Position numbers and translations under genes: made by a program
Shown: positions 1-8,837 of the stretch, piece after piece
Layout of the letters: each line of letters begins with the position of its first letter
Position numbering within the stretch: the first letter of the stretch is position 1
Notes under the pieces: model-generated
The model's input: the letters and a program-made list of their open reading frames with translations, nothing else
The model's database searches: none
Told to the model about the DNA's origin: nothing
From: Candidatus Endomicrobiellum porotermitis
GTDB taxonomy: Bacteria > Elusimicrobiota > Endomicrobiia > Endomicrobiales > Endomicrobiaceae
DNA length: 64,000 nt
Assembly (NCBI GenBank): GCA_031289055.1
Contig: JAITQE010000003.1
Coordinates: 26,585 to 90,584, forward strand
Reading direction: 5' to 3'

Positions 1-77
1 TTCTTAGCGAACTTGGCGTAAATATTGAAAAGGGCAAGGCTGTAGCTGCCGCTGAAGAGGAATTGTTGAAAGCATAA
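1..77 (+). CDS. 3' end of an unidentified CDS (...LSELGVNIEKGKAVAAAEEELLKA*), cut by the window edge
   Basis: Frame 3 is open from the window start to TAA at 75-77. 24 aa is too short to assign a family. Confidence 0.3.
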   Translation, partial: LSELGVNIEKGKAVAAAEEELLKA

Positions 78-99
78 TATTTGAAACTACAAAATAAAA

Positions 100-294
100 A
101 TGGCAGGCAAAATGTGCAAGATCCTAATGGCTTACGACAATACCGAAGGACTTGACGCATTACTTTCAAATAAAGAATTCAAAGTAGACATACATAACAA
201 ACCTTCTCAAGAAGAGTTGACTCTTAGATTTCTTTACAAAAGGAATTGTAAGAAACGCTGTCAACGCAAAAAAATAAATCTAGAAACTTTCTAA
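100..294 (+). CDS. Small hypothetical ORF, possibly a truncated relic of a CheY-like receiver domain
   Basis: 64 aa. CKILMAYDNTEGLDALLSNKEFKVDIHNKPSQEEL loosely follows the receiver N-terminus pattern (kILivDD...l...L...f.V......eal). The acidic pair is degenerate and the ORF stops early. Confidence 0.2.
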   Translation: MAGKMCKILMAYDNTEGLDALLSNKEFKVDIHNKPSQEELTLRFLYKRNCKKRCQRKKINLETF

Positions 295-437
295 TTTTGC
301 TATCCGTCCGGGTCTAATCGTACAGTCGCGCTATTATGAGTTTATCGGATAGGAGAAAAAAGAAGGATTTCAAGAGCGAAAAGTGGAACCTAAACGATAA
401 ACTTAGGCGACGTTCAATTATTAAGTTAAATAATTAT

Positions 438-1568
438 ATGATAAAAGTTTGTTATATCATCACTAAACTTGAACTTGGCGGATCTCAGAAAGTAGCGTTG
501 CATGTTGCAGAAAACATTAATAAGAATGTTTTTGACAGTTTTGTAGTAACTGGAATTGGCGGGGTTTTAGACTCTGATGCATGCAAAAATTCAAGACTTT
601 ATCAATTAAAAAATTTTGTCAGAGAAATTTCTCCATTAAGAGATTTGAAAGCTATTTTTAAAATTTACTTAATCTTAAGAAAAGAGATCCCTGATATAGT
701 CCACACGCATTCGTCAAAGGCTGGGGTTATAGGAAGAATCGCCGCTAAGCTTGCAGGAATAAAAGTTGTTGTTCATACTATACATGGGTATGGTTTTAAT
801 GAAACACAGAATTGGTTTGTTAAAAGATTTTACGTTTTTCTTGAAAAATTTTGCGCCTTGCTTTCAGACAAACTGATTGTTGTAACCAAAGAAGATATAA
901 AAAAAGGGCTGCATTATAAAATTGCTAAAGAAGATAAATTTGTTCTTATAAGAGCGGGCATAGATACGGCGTTTTATAATGATTTTGTTCCAAACCCAAA
1001 ATTTAAAGAAAGATTAGGGATAGATAAAAATTCAAGAGTCGTTGTTACGATATCGCCGTTTAAACCGCAAAAAAACCTTAAAGATTTTATCAAAACCGCA
1101 TTTTTGCTAAGATCAAGATTTAAAGATGTTATATTTTTAATGGTCGGAGACGGCGAACAAAGAAAAGAACTTGAGGATTTGATAGAGAGTTTAAATTTAA
1201 AAAATAAAGTTTTTATGCTTGGTTGGAGAGCGGATATTGCCGAAATACTTAAAGCAAGCGATATTTTTGTTTTGACATCGCTGTGGGAAGGGTTGCCATG
1301 CTCTATTGTTGAGGCTATGTGCTGTTCTAAGCCAGTTGTAGCAAATGCTGTAGATGGAGTAAAAGAAATAATTGTCAATGGAGAAACTGGTTTTTTAATA
1401 GAGCCGAATAATTATGCAAAAACTGCCGAAAAGATTATGTATTTATTAAATGATGAGACGGCTTTAAAAAATATGAGCGCAAAAGCTTGTAATTCTATAG
1501 GTCAAGAATACAATATAAGCCGCAATCTCAAACAACACGAAGAATTATACTTAAAACTGAGCTGGTAG
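438..1568 (+). CDS. Glycosyltransferase, GT-B fold, family 4 (GT4)
   Basis: MIKVCYIITKLELGGSQK N-terminus. C-terminal EX7E-type region LTSLWEGLPCSIVEAMCCSKPVVANAVDGVKEIIVNGETGFL. ATG at 438 preferred over the ORF-track start at 336. Confidence 0.85.
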   Translation: MIKVCYIITKLELGGSQKVALHVAENINKNVFDSFVVTGIGGVLDSDACKNSRLYQLKNFVREISPLRDLKAIFKIYLILRKEIPDIVHTHSSKAGVIGRIAAKLAGIKVVVHTIHGYGFNETQNWFVKRFYVFLEKFCALLSDKLIVVTKEDIKKGLHYKIAKEDKFVLIRAGIDTAFYNDFVPNPKFKERLGIDKNSRVVVTISPFKPQKNLKDFIKTAFLLRSRFKDVIFLMVGDGEQRKELEDLIESLNLKNKVFMLGWRADIAEILKASDIFVLTSLWEGLPCSIVEAMCCSKPVVANAVDGVKEIIVNGETGFLIEPNNYAKTAEKIMYLLNDETALKNMSAKACNSIGQEYNISRNLKQHEELYLKLSW

Positions 1569-1615
1569 TTTTTTAACTTAACTTTACAACTATTTGCGTA
1601 ACGAAGTTTGTCGCT

Positions 1616-1646
1616 CCCTTAGTTTATCTATCCGATAAACTAAGGG
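1616..1646. repeat. Perfect 13-bp inverted repeat (CCCTTAGTTTATC-tatcc-GATAAACTAAGGG)
   Basis: Read directly from the sequence. No U-tract follows on either strand. Confidence 0.8.
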
Positions 1647-1919
1647 GGGACTAAACTATGAATTTTGCAAATATTTTACATTTTGCTCCCTTTCCTGCCG
1701 TGTTTATGAAATATACTACTAAAATCGTATTCCAAAAAGTTTCCATTCAGTGGATGTCGCTTGAGTTTATAACATAGTGTCCATTTTAACCCGATAAGCT
1801 CAGATCTTGATAAAAATGCTATTTATAAATAAACAAAAAAGTATTTGAAGAAGCAGTAAACGGAAAGGTCGTATAAAGTTAACGAGTTAGATAATAAGTA
1901 ATTTAAAAGGATGTTTATT

Positions 1920-2555
1920 ATGAAAAAAAAACGTTTTAAAAAATTTAGTTGTATAGGTTTTTCAATCTTATTTTTGATGAATTCTGTTCTATTAAGAGCT
2001 GAAGATTTATCAAATGAAGAGATAAAAGAACTTATCTTAATGATTGACGAAATTGAAAGCACAACAGCGGAAGCGGATAGGGCGGCGGTAGAGAAGAAGA
2101 AGCAAGAAGAGTTAGCAAGGATGGAAATAGAAGCCGCAAAAGTAAGAGCGAGAGAAGCTGCGGATAGGGCGGCGATAGAGAAGAAGAAACAAGAAGAGTT
2201 AGCAAAGGTGGAAATAGAAACTGCAAAAGTAAGAGCAAAGAAAGAGGCAGAAGCTGAGAAAGCCAAAGCTGAAACAGAAAAAGCCAGAAGAGAAGCTGAG
2301 AGGCTTAAAGCAGAAGCGAAGGCTCAAGCAAAGGCTGAAAAAGAAAAGTCAAAGAAAGAAATAGAAGAAGCAAAGAAGAAACAAAAGGAAGAAGAAGAGA
2401 GGGCTAGAAGAGAATTTGAAAGACTTAAAGCTGAAGCGGAAAAAGCAAAGAAAGAAGCTGAAAAATTAAAAGCAGAAGCTGAGAAAGCGAAAGTGGAAGC
2501 GGAAAAAGCGGAAGAAGAAGGTCAAGTGTTGTATTTAGGAGTAGAAGTTAAGTAG
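1920..2555 (+). CDS. Secreted Lys/Glu/Ala-rich coiled-coil protein (TolA domain-II-like low complexity)
   Basis: Signal-peptide-like N-terminus KKKRFKKFSCIGFSILFLMNSVLLRAED, then about 170 aa of AEAEKAKxEAE-type helical repeats. AAAAGGA lies 8 nt upstream of the ATG at 1920 (ORF-track start is 1911). Confidence 0.6.
   Translation: MKKKRFKKFSCIGFSILFLMNSVLLRAEDLSNEEIKELILMIDEIESTTAEADRAAVEKKKQEELARMEIEAAKVRAREAADRAAIEKKKQEELAKVEIETAKVRAKKEAEAEKAKAETEKARREAERLKAEAKAQAKAEKEKSKKEIEEAKKKQKEEEERARREFERLKAEAEKAKKEAEKLKAEAEKAKVEAEKAEEEGQVLYLGVEVK
2073..2237 (+). repeat. Tandem duplication, 87-bp (29-codon) unit, 2 copies inside the KE-rich CDS
   Basis: 2073-2159 and 2160-about 2237 align with a handful of mismatches (ADRAAVEKKKQEELARMEIEAAKVRA / ADRAAIEKKKQEELAKVEIETAKVRA). 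Confidence 0.85.
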
Positions 2556-2604
2556 TTAATAAGGCGCGATTTTGCCAAATTGACAAATAAAATTAGGAAT
2601 AAAA

Positions 2605-3273
2605 ATGATGGAGAAACCAAAAAACGTGTTTCTTTATATTTTAGCGTCAATAGCAATCCATATAATAATTTTCTGTTTAATTTTTTATCAGGGAAAAAGT
2701 AGAGAATTACCTGATTTAGTAGAGGTATCGTTTGATTCTCCGAATCCTCTGCCTGATCCTGAGATTCCTACTAGAGAATAACCGAAAGCGCCTGAAATAG
2801 AGGAAGAGCCTGAGGAAATTCCTAAACCGGTGGAAGAAGTTCCTGAGGATGAACCGCCAAAACAGGAGTTGCAGAAAAAGGAAACTTTGAAGAAAAAAAA
2901 GAAGATTGTTTCCAATGAAAAGAGCGATATAAAAGTTGCTGATGAAGATGACGGCGACGCTATAGAGCCTGAAGATTTAAAAGTTGACGCTGAGATATTT
3001 AAATTCCCTCAATATGCAAGAAGCATACAGAAAAAAATAGTCGGAGCGTGGAAATATGATAAGTGGAATAACCTAAGAGTTGAAGTATTCTTTAGAATAC
3101 ACAGAGACGGATCAATTTCCGGCGTAAGAATAAAGAAGTCGTCGGGAAATGCAAGTTTTGATGAGAATGGCGTAAATACTATAATTAAAGCCGCTCCATT
3201 TGACAAGCTTCCAGATGGATTCGGTAACGATAAATTAAGGTTCATATTTGTATTTCAAAAAGGTAAAGTATAA
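2605..3273 (+). pseudogene. TonB/TolA-like energy transducer interrupted by an in-frame TAA (2779-2781)
   Basis: ATG at 2605 gives a TM anchor (VFLYILASIAIHIIIFCLIFY) and a Pro-rich start. TAA at 2779 is in the same frame (frame 1). The Pro/Glu linker then continues (PKAPEIEEEPEEIPKPVEEVPEDEPP), followed by a TonB_C-like domain (YARSIQKKIVGAWKY...GSISGVRIKKSSGNASFDENGVNTIIKAAPF). Confidence 0.75.
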
Positions 3274-3312
3274 ATAAGTTGTAGTGTAAAAATGAAAAAA
3301 GGAGAATGTAAA

Positions 3313-3948
3313 ATGTTTGAAGGAAAAAGTTTAATTGAAATATTAAATATGGGAGGCTTGGTTTTATATGTTCTATTAGGAACATCAATATTATCGCTTA
3401 CCGTAATTTGTTATAAATTGGTCGAATTCTGGAAAAAAACGCAAATAAAGAGAACAACGTTTGTTCCAACTTTGTTTGACAGTATAAAAAATGGCAGCTT
3501 GGAAAAAGCTATAGATTATTGCAACTCTGTCAATTCGCCTATGTCGTCGGTTTCAAAAGCTGGAATAGTTGCTTTTAAATCAGGCGAAAGTTTAGGCGAG
3601 TTCATGGACAGAGAAATAATGATTCAGACAGTAGAATTAGAGAGATACACAACGATATTGGGAACTGTTGGAAATATAGCGGTGTATATAGGGCTATTTG
3701 GAACAGTATTGGGTATTATATCAGCGTTCCACGATATGTCTGCAATAGGATCTGGAGGAATTACCGTTGTTATTGGCGGCGTTTCGGAAGCTTTAATCGC
3801 GACAGCCATAGGGTTGTTTGTCGCAATACCCGCGTCAACAGCTTACAACTTTTTTACAAAGAAAATAGATAAATTTATAGTTGATATGGAATATTGCGCG
3901 TCTGCAATAGAAGACAAATTTAATTTGAATAAGGGAAATAACAAATGA
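3313..3948 (+). CDS. MotA/TolQ/ExbB family proton channel
   Basis: Three TM segments and [13 protein letters not shown] motif. GGAGA lies 8 nt before the ATG at 3313 (alternative start 3292). Confidence 0.85.
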   Translation: MFEGKSLIEILNMGGLVLYVLLGTSILSLTVICYKLVEFWKKTQIKRTTFVPTLFDSIKNGSLEKAIDYCNSVNSPMSSVSKAGIVAFKSGESLGEFMDREIMIQTVELERYTTILGTVGNIAVYIGLFGTVLGIISAFHDMSAIGSGGITVVIGGVSEALIATAIGLFVAIPASTAYNFFTKKIDKFIVDMEYCASAIEDKFNLNKGNNK

Positions 3949-4349
3949 GATTAAAAGCGAAGAAAAACACGGTAAAGTCAGAGATAAACATAGCTCCATT
4001 TACTGACGTTGTCTTGGTTCTTTTGATTATTTTCATGATAGCGACGCCAGCGTTAATGCAGTCTAAAATAAATGTTAATTTGCCGAAAGTAGAGTCAGCA
4101 GACAGCGAAAGCGCATCTACAAATATAGAAGCTTTAATATCTGAAGACGGGATAGTAGCTATAGATGGTAAAGAGATAGAATTGTCAAATGTAGAAAAAG
4201 TTATAAGGAATTTACTTAAAGAAGACCCGGGTAAATCAATAGTAATAAAAGGAGATGTAAAAGTAGAGTACGATTACGTTATACAGTTTATGGATAGAGC
4301 AAAAAAGGCAGGAGCAAGAAAATTTGCTCTTGCTGTTGATACTAAATAA
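3945..4349 (+). CDS. ExbD/TolR biopolymer transport protein
   Basis: [18 protein letters not shown] signature. ATGA overlap with the upstream gene. Confidence 0.85.
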   Translation: MRLKAKKNTVKSEINIAPFTDVVLVLLIIFMIATPALMQSKINVNLPKVESADSESASTNIEALISEDGIVAIDGKEIELSNVEKVIRNLLKEDPGKSIVIKGDVKVEYDYVIQFMDRAKKAGARKFALAVDTK

Positions 4350-4451
4350 GTTATTTGCAAATCAAACGTTAACTTAAAAAAATATAAGCAATCTGGCGCA
4401 ATTTTGTATAATATCATAATCGTAAATTTAGCATAGGATTAGGATAAGTTT

Positions 4452-5711
4452 TTGAATTATTTTATTGAAACAATTGGCTGTCAGATGAACGTGTGCGAGT
4501 CTGACAAATTAAGGCTCGCGCTTTCAACTTGCGGAGCTTTAAAAGTAGACGTTTTGCAGGAAGCGGATGTAGTAATACTCAACACGTGTTCCGTTAGAGC
4601 GCAGGCAGAGCAAAAAGCGTTTTCTTTTTTGGGTAGAGCGGAAGAGTTTAAACAAGAAAATCCCGGCGTTAAGATAGTTGTTGTCGGCTGCATGGCAGAA
4701 AGAATAGGTTCTAAAATTAAACGCCGCTTTAAAAACGTTGATTTGATAGTAGGCGCTAAAGATATAGATAACGCCGCCGCCAAAATTGCAGATTTGTGCG
4801 ATATAGGCTATTCTCTTTTGAAGAAAGTTGAAGATTCTTCTTTCAACGTTGTAAGATACGTAACAATTATGCGGGGCTGCGATAATTATTGCTCTTATTG
4901 CGTGGTGCCGTTTGTTAGAGGCGGAGAAATAAGCCTTAATGCTTTAGATATAATAGAAGAATGTTCTTTGGCAGTAAAAAACGGCGCTAAAGAAATAATG
5001 CTTTTGGGACAAAACGTAAATTCTTATAAATACAAGGACGTTAATTTTACTTCGCTGGTAAAAAAAATTACGGAAATCAACGGTCTTGAGCGTATAAGGT
5101 TTATGACTAATCACCCAAAAGATTTGAGCGACGAACTTATAGACGTGATGGCAACGGCTTCTAAAGTTTGTTCGCATATTCATTTGCCAATGCAGTCTGC
5201 GTCTAATAAGATTCTAAAGGCGATGAATAGGAAGTATACTTATGAGCATTATGTCGGCTTAGTAAAAAAATTAAGAGCGGCAGCACCCGACATAAGCGTA
5301 ACAACCGATATTATAGTGGGTTTCCCGGGGGAGACTAAACAAGATTTTGAAGAAACTTTGAAAGCCGTAAAGGAAATAAGATTTGGCGGACTATACGCTT
5401 TTAGATATTCCCCTCGCCCCAACACAAAAGCCGCAAACATGCTTGACGATATTCCTTTGGAAGAAAAAAGGAGGCGACATACGCTAATACTTGAAGAATC
5501 TAATAAGATTTCTGTTGAAATAGTCGCTTCAATGGTTGGCAGCGTTCAACAGGTTTTAGCCGAAAAAATAGAAAATGGCGTTATAGAAGCAAGAACAAGA
5601 AGCGGACGCAAAGTTTTTGTAAAAAATAGAAACGAAAAAGATTTGGGCAGACGCTTAAACGTTAGTATAAAAGAAGCTAAAATAAATTCTTTATTTGGCG
5701 ATATTATATGA
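4452..5711 (+). CDS. miaB: tRNA-i6A37 methylthiotransferase (radical SAM MTTase)
   Basis: UPF0004 N-domain Cys residues (CQMN, NTCSVR, GCMA), radical SAM motif CDNYCSYCVVP, TRAM-like C-terminus. TTG start. Confidence 0.85.
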   Translation: MNYFIETIGCQMNVCESDKLRLALSTCGALKVDVLQEADVVILNTCSVRAQAEQKAFSFLGRAEEFKQENPGVKIVVVGCMAERIGSKIKRRFKNVDLIVGAKDIDNAAAKIADLCDIGYSLLKKVEDSSFNVVRYVTIMRGCDNYCSYCVVPFVRGGEISLNALDIIEECSLAVKNGAKEIMLLGQNVNSYKYKDVNFTSLVKKITEINGLERIRFMTNHPKDLSDELIDVMATASKVCSHIHLPMQSASNKILKAMNRKYTYEHYVGLVKKLRAAAPDISVTTDIIVGFPGETKQDFEETLKAVKEIRFGGLYAFRYSPRPNTKAANMLDDIPLEEKRRRHTLILEESNKISVEIVASMVGSVQQVLAEKIENGVIEARTRSGRKVFVKNRNEKDLGRRLNVSIKEAKINSLFGDII

Positions 5712-6253
5712 ACAAATTTGTAGTTTGGTCTGCGCTGATTCTAGCGGTGTTTTTTCTGGTAAATGTCGAGCATAGAGTAGGGTTATTGGATAAAAAACGC
5801 TATGACGACTATATAAATGAATACTCAAATAAATTTGGAGTAGACGCTCTGCTCGTTAGGTCGGTTATAAAGAGAGAGTCCGATCTAAATCCCGAAGCGG
5901 TTTCTAATAAAGGCGCTGTGGGGTTAATGCAAATTATGCCTAAAACGGCGCGCGAAGTAGCTGTAGAGTTGAGCGTTTCCGACTATTCTTCAGACAAACT
6001 AAAAGATCCTCAAATAAATATAATGTTTGGAGCGTATTATCTAAGAAAACTTTTAGATTATTACAATAACAATCTAATATTGGCTTTGGCGGCGTATAAT
6101 GCGGGAATCGGCAACGTTGACATGTGGCTTAGAGAAATTCCCGACTTATCGGTAAACGCGGAAAAAATGCCTTTTAACGAAACAAAAAACTATGTCAAAT
6201 CTGTAATGTTTATTTATAAAATTCACAAATCCATATCGCAAATAAAAATCTAG
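5708..6253 (+). CDS. Lytic transglycosylase (SLT domain), membrane anchored
   Basis: ESDLNPEAVSNKGAVGLMQIMPKTA and AYNAG motifs. N-terminal TM segment. Confidence 0.85.
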   Translation: MNKFVVWSALILAVFFLVNVEHRVGLLDKKRYDDYINEYSNKFGVDALLVRSVIKRESDLNPEAVSNKGAVGLMQIMPKTAREVAVELSVSDYSSDKLKDPQINIMFGAYYLRKLLDYYNNNLILALAAYNAGIGNVDMWLREIPDLSVNAEKMPFNETKNYVKSVMFIYKIHKSISQIKI

Positions 6254-6262
6254 GTTATATTA

Positions 6263-8836
6263 ATGAATAAAACGCCTTCCGAAAAATTGACGCCGTTAAT
6301 GAAGCAGTACTACGATATTAAAAACAAATATCCGGGCGTGATTTTGTTTTTCAGGCTTGGAGATTTTTATGAAATGTTTGGGGAAGATGCCGCGCAGGCT
6401 GCTCCTGTTTTGGAAGTTGTATTGACAAAAAAAGCAGGCGTGCCAATGTGCGGCATCCCTTATCATTCTGTGAATTCCTATATAAGAAAACTTATAACAA
6501 AAGGATTTAGAGTTGCCGTTTGCGAGCAGCTTGAAGAATCAGGCGCTTCAAAAGGCATAGTGAAACGAGGCGTTACGAAAGTTATAACGCCGGGAACAGT
6601 CTTGGAAGATACGCTTTTAGAGTCGAAAGAAAACAATTTTCTGATGGCTGTTGTTTTTGACGAGTACGCAATCTCTGCGGCTTTTGCGGCTGCCGATATT
6701 TCAACGGGAGAATTTTTTACTTCGGAGACTTCTTTAAAACTTCTTGATACTGAAATATCAAAATATAACCTCGGCGAGCTGGTTATATCTTCCAGCGCTG
6801 TAAAAAATAAACGAATTCAAGATTTTGCAACAAGCGTTAAAGTCCATATTTCGTACGTAGATGATTGTTTTTTTGATTTTGAAAACTCAAAGAAAACAAT
6901 AGTAGAACATTTCGGCGAAAGAGCATTTAAAGAAATCGGATTAAGTCAAAAAGAAATTTTTCGCGCTTGCGGCGCTTTGCTTTCTTATATAAAAGAAATG
7001 CAGCCGCAAAGCGTAGGGATTTTTTCAAATATAAAGTATATAAATAATTCGGATTTTATGTATTTAGACGCGGTTGCCATAAAAAATCTAGAGCTGGTTA
7101 GCTCTTTGGCAAGCGGTAAATTTGAAAATTCTTTGCTCTCAGCAATAGATTCCACCAAAACGCCTATGGGGGCAAGAACAATACGCCGATGGCTTACCAA
7201 ACCTCTCTTAGACGTATCCAAGATAGAAAATAGACAAAATGCGGTAAAATTTTTTATAGAAGAATCGGCTGTAAGGAAAGATATTGTAGAAAAATTTAAA
7301 TATGTTTCCGATATTGAAAGAATAATTGCAAGAACATCATCCGGAACTGCAAATCCAAAAGATTTGTCCGCTCTGAAAGATTCTCTAAAAGTGATAAACG
7401 AGATTTCTAAGATTCTATCCGGGACCAAAGGATTGATTCTTAATATTCCTGACAATATTCAGATTATAGAAAAGATTTCCTCTTACATAGTTGACGAGCC
7501 GTCCGTATCTTTAAAGGATGGAAACGTAGTAAGAAACGGCGTTAATTCTGAACTTGATGAATTAAGGAAAATATCAACCGACGCTAAAGGATTTATATCA
7601 AATCTTGAAGCTAAAGAAAGAGAATCTTCTGGAATAAATAATCTTAAGATAGGGTATACTTCCGTCTTTGGCTATTACATAGAAGTAAGCAAATTCAATG
7701 CGACTTTGGCTCCAAAACATTATGTTCGCAAACAGACTGTTGCTACCGGCGAAAGATATATAACGGACGAATTAAAAGCATTGGAAGAAAAGATACTTTC
7801 TTCTCAGGAAAAAATTCTTAGGCTTGAAAGCGATATTTTTAACTCTTTAAGACAGGAGCTTTCTCTCTATACGTCTCATATTTTAAAGACATCGCGAATT
7901 ATTTCAGAGATAGACGTGTTTTGCGGGTTTGCTTCAAACGCTTTGGAATACAATTATGTCCGTCCAAAAATTTCAAACACTAAGAACCTTTCTATCAAAG
8001 ACGGCAGGCACCCCGTTGTTGAAAGAATATTAAAAAACGGCGAGTTTACGGCAAACGACGTTTCTTTTAACGAAAAATCAAGAATAATGATTCTTACAGG
8101 CCCCAATATGTCTGGAAAATCAACTTATCTTAGACAGACGGCGCTTATTGTAATAATGGCTCAGATAGGATCTTTTGTTCCTGCGTCTCAAGCTGAGATA
8201 GGAATTGTTGACAGAATATTTACGCGTATAGGCGCTGGAGATAATCTTGCGGGCGGAGAATCGACTTTTATGGTTGAAATGGCTGAGACTGCGAATATTT
8301 TAAACCAATATACGCAAAGAAGTCTTATAATTTTAGATGAAGTAGGAAGAGGCACGTCTACATACGACGGAATGTCTATAGCATGGTCAATAATAGAATT
8401 TTTTGCAGACGTTAAAAGAAAGGCAAATGACGGCGCTAAAGTTTTATTCGCGACGCATTACTTTGAACTTACGGGACTTTCAGAAACTCTAAAAGGCGTT
8501 GTAAATTTTAGCGTTGACGTTAAAGAATGGAACGGCGACGTTATCTTTTTGCATAAAATAATTGAAGGAAGCGCCGATAAATCTTACGGTATACATGTGG
8601 CAAAAATTGCAGGTTTGCCTCATCAAGTGATAGAAAGAGCTTATAAGATTTTAAACAGGCTTGAAGCAAATTCCGCATCCGAGTCAAAAGATAATGACCG
8701 CCAAATAGAGTTTTTCCATAACCGTGAACCGCAAGAGCCGCAGATTTTAGTAGAATTAAGGGGCGTTGACATAAATACATTAAGTCCAGTTGACGCTTTC
8801 AATCTTGTTAGAGACTGGAAGGATAAGTGCAGATAA
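6263..8836 (+). CDS. mutS: DNA mismatch repair protein MutS
   Basis: TPLMKQYYDIK, FYEMFGEDA, Walker A GPNMSGKST, DEVGRGTSTYDG. Confidence 0.95.
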   Translation: MNKTPSEKLTPLMKQYYDIKNKYPGVILFFRLGDFYEMFGEDAAQAAPVLEVVLTKKAGVPMCGIPYHSVNSYIRKLITKGFRVAVCEQLEESGASKGIVKRGVTKVITPGTVLEDTLLESKENNFLMAVVFDEYAISAAFAAADISTGEFFTSETSLKLLDTEISKYNLGELVISSSAVKNKRIQDFATSVKVHISYVDDCFFDFENSKKTIVEHFGERAFKEIGLSQKEIFRACGALLSYIKEMQPQSVGIFSNIKYINNSDFMYLDAVAIKNLELVSSLASGKFENSLLSAIDSTKTPMGARTIRRWLTKPLLDVSKIENRQNAVKFFIEESAVRKDIVEKFKYVSDIERIIARTSSGTANPKDLSALKDSLKVINEISKILSGTKGLILNIPDNIQIIEKISSYIVDEPSVSLKDGNVVRNGVNSELDELRKISTDAKGFISNLEAKERESSGINNLKIGYTSVFGYYIEVSKFNATLAPKHYVRKQTVATGERYITDELKALEEKILSSQEKILRLESDIFNSLRQELSLYTSHILKTSRIISEIDVFCGFASNALEYNYVRPKISNTKNLSIKDGRHPVVERILKNGEFTANDVSFNEKSRIMILTGPNMSGKSTYLRQTALIVIMAQIGSFVPASQAEIGIVDRIFTRIGAGDNLAGGESTFMVEMAETANILNQYTQRSLIILDEVGRGTSTYDGMSIAWSIIEFFADVKRKANDGAKVLFATHYFELTGLSETLKGVVNFSVDVKEWNGDVIFLHKIIEGSADKSYGIHVAKIAGLPHQVIERAYKILNRLEANSASESKDNDRQIEFFHNREPQEPQILVELRGVDINTLSPVDAFNLVRDWKDKCR

Positions 8837-8837
8837 A

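Noticed and set aside
1823-2915. Minus-strand ORFs 1823-2266, 2032-2238 and 2688-2915 (Ser/Ala/Phe/Leu-rich).
   Set aside because: They are antisense shadows of the GAA/AAA/GCN-rich low-complexity KE and Pro/Glu-rich coding regions. They have no RBS and no recognisable domains.
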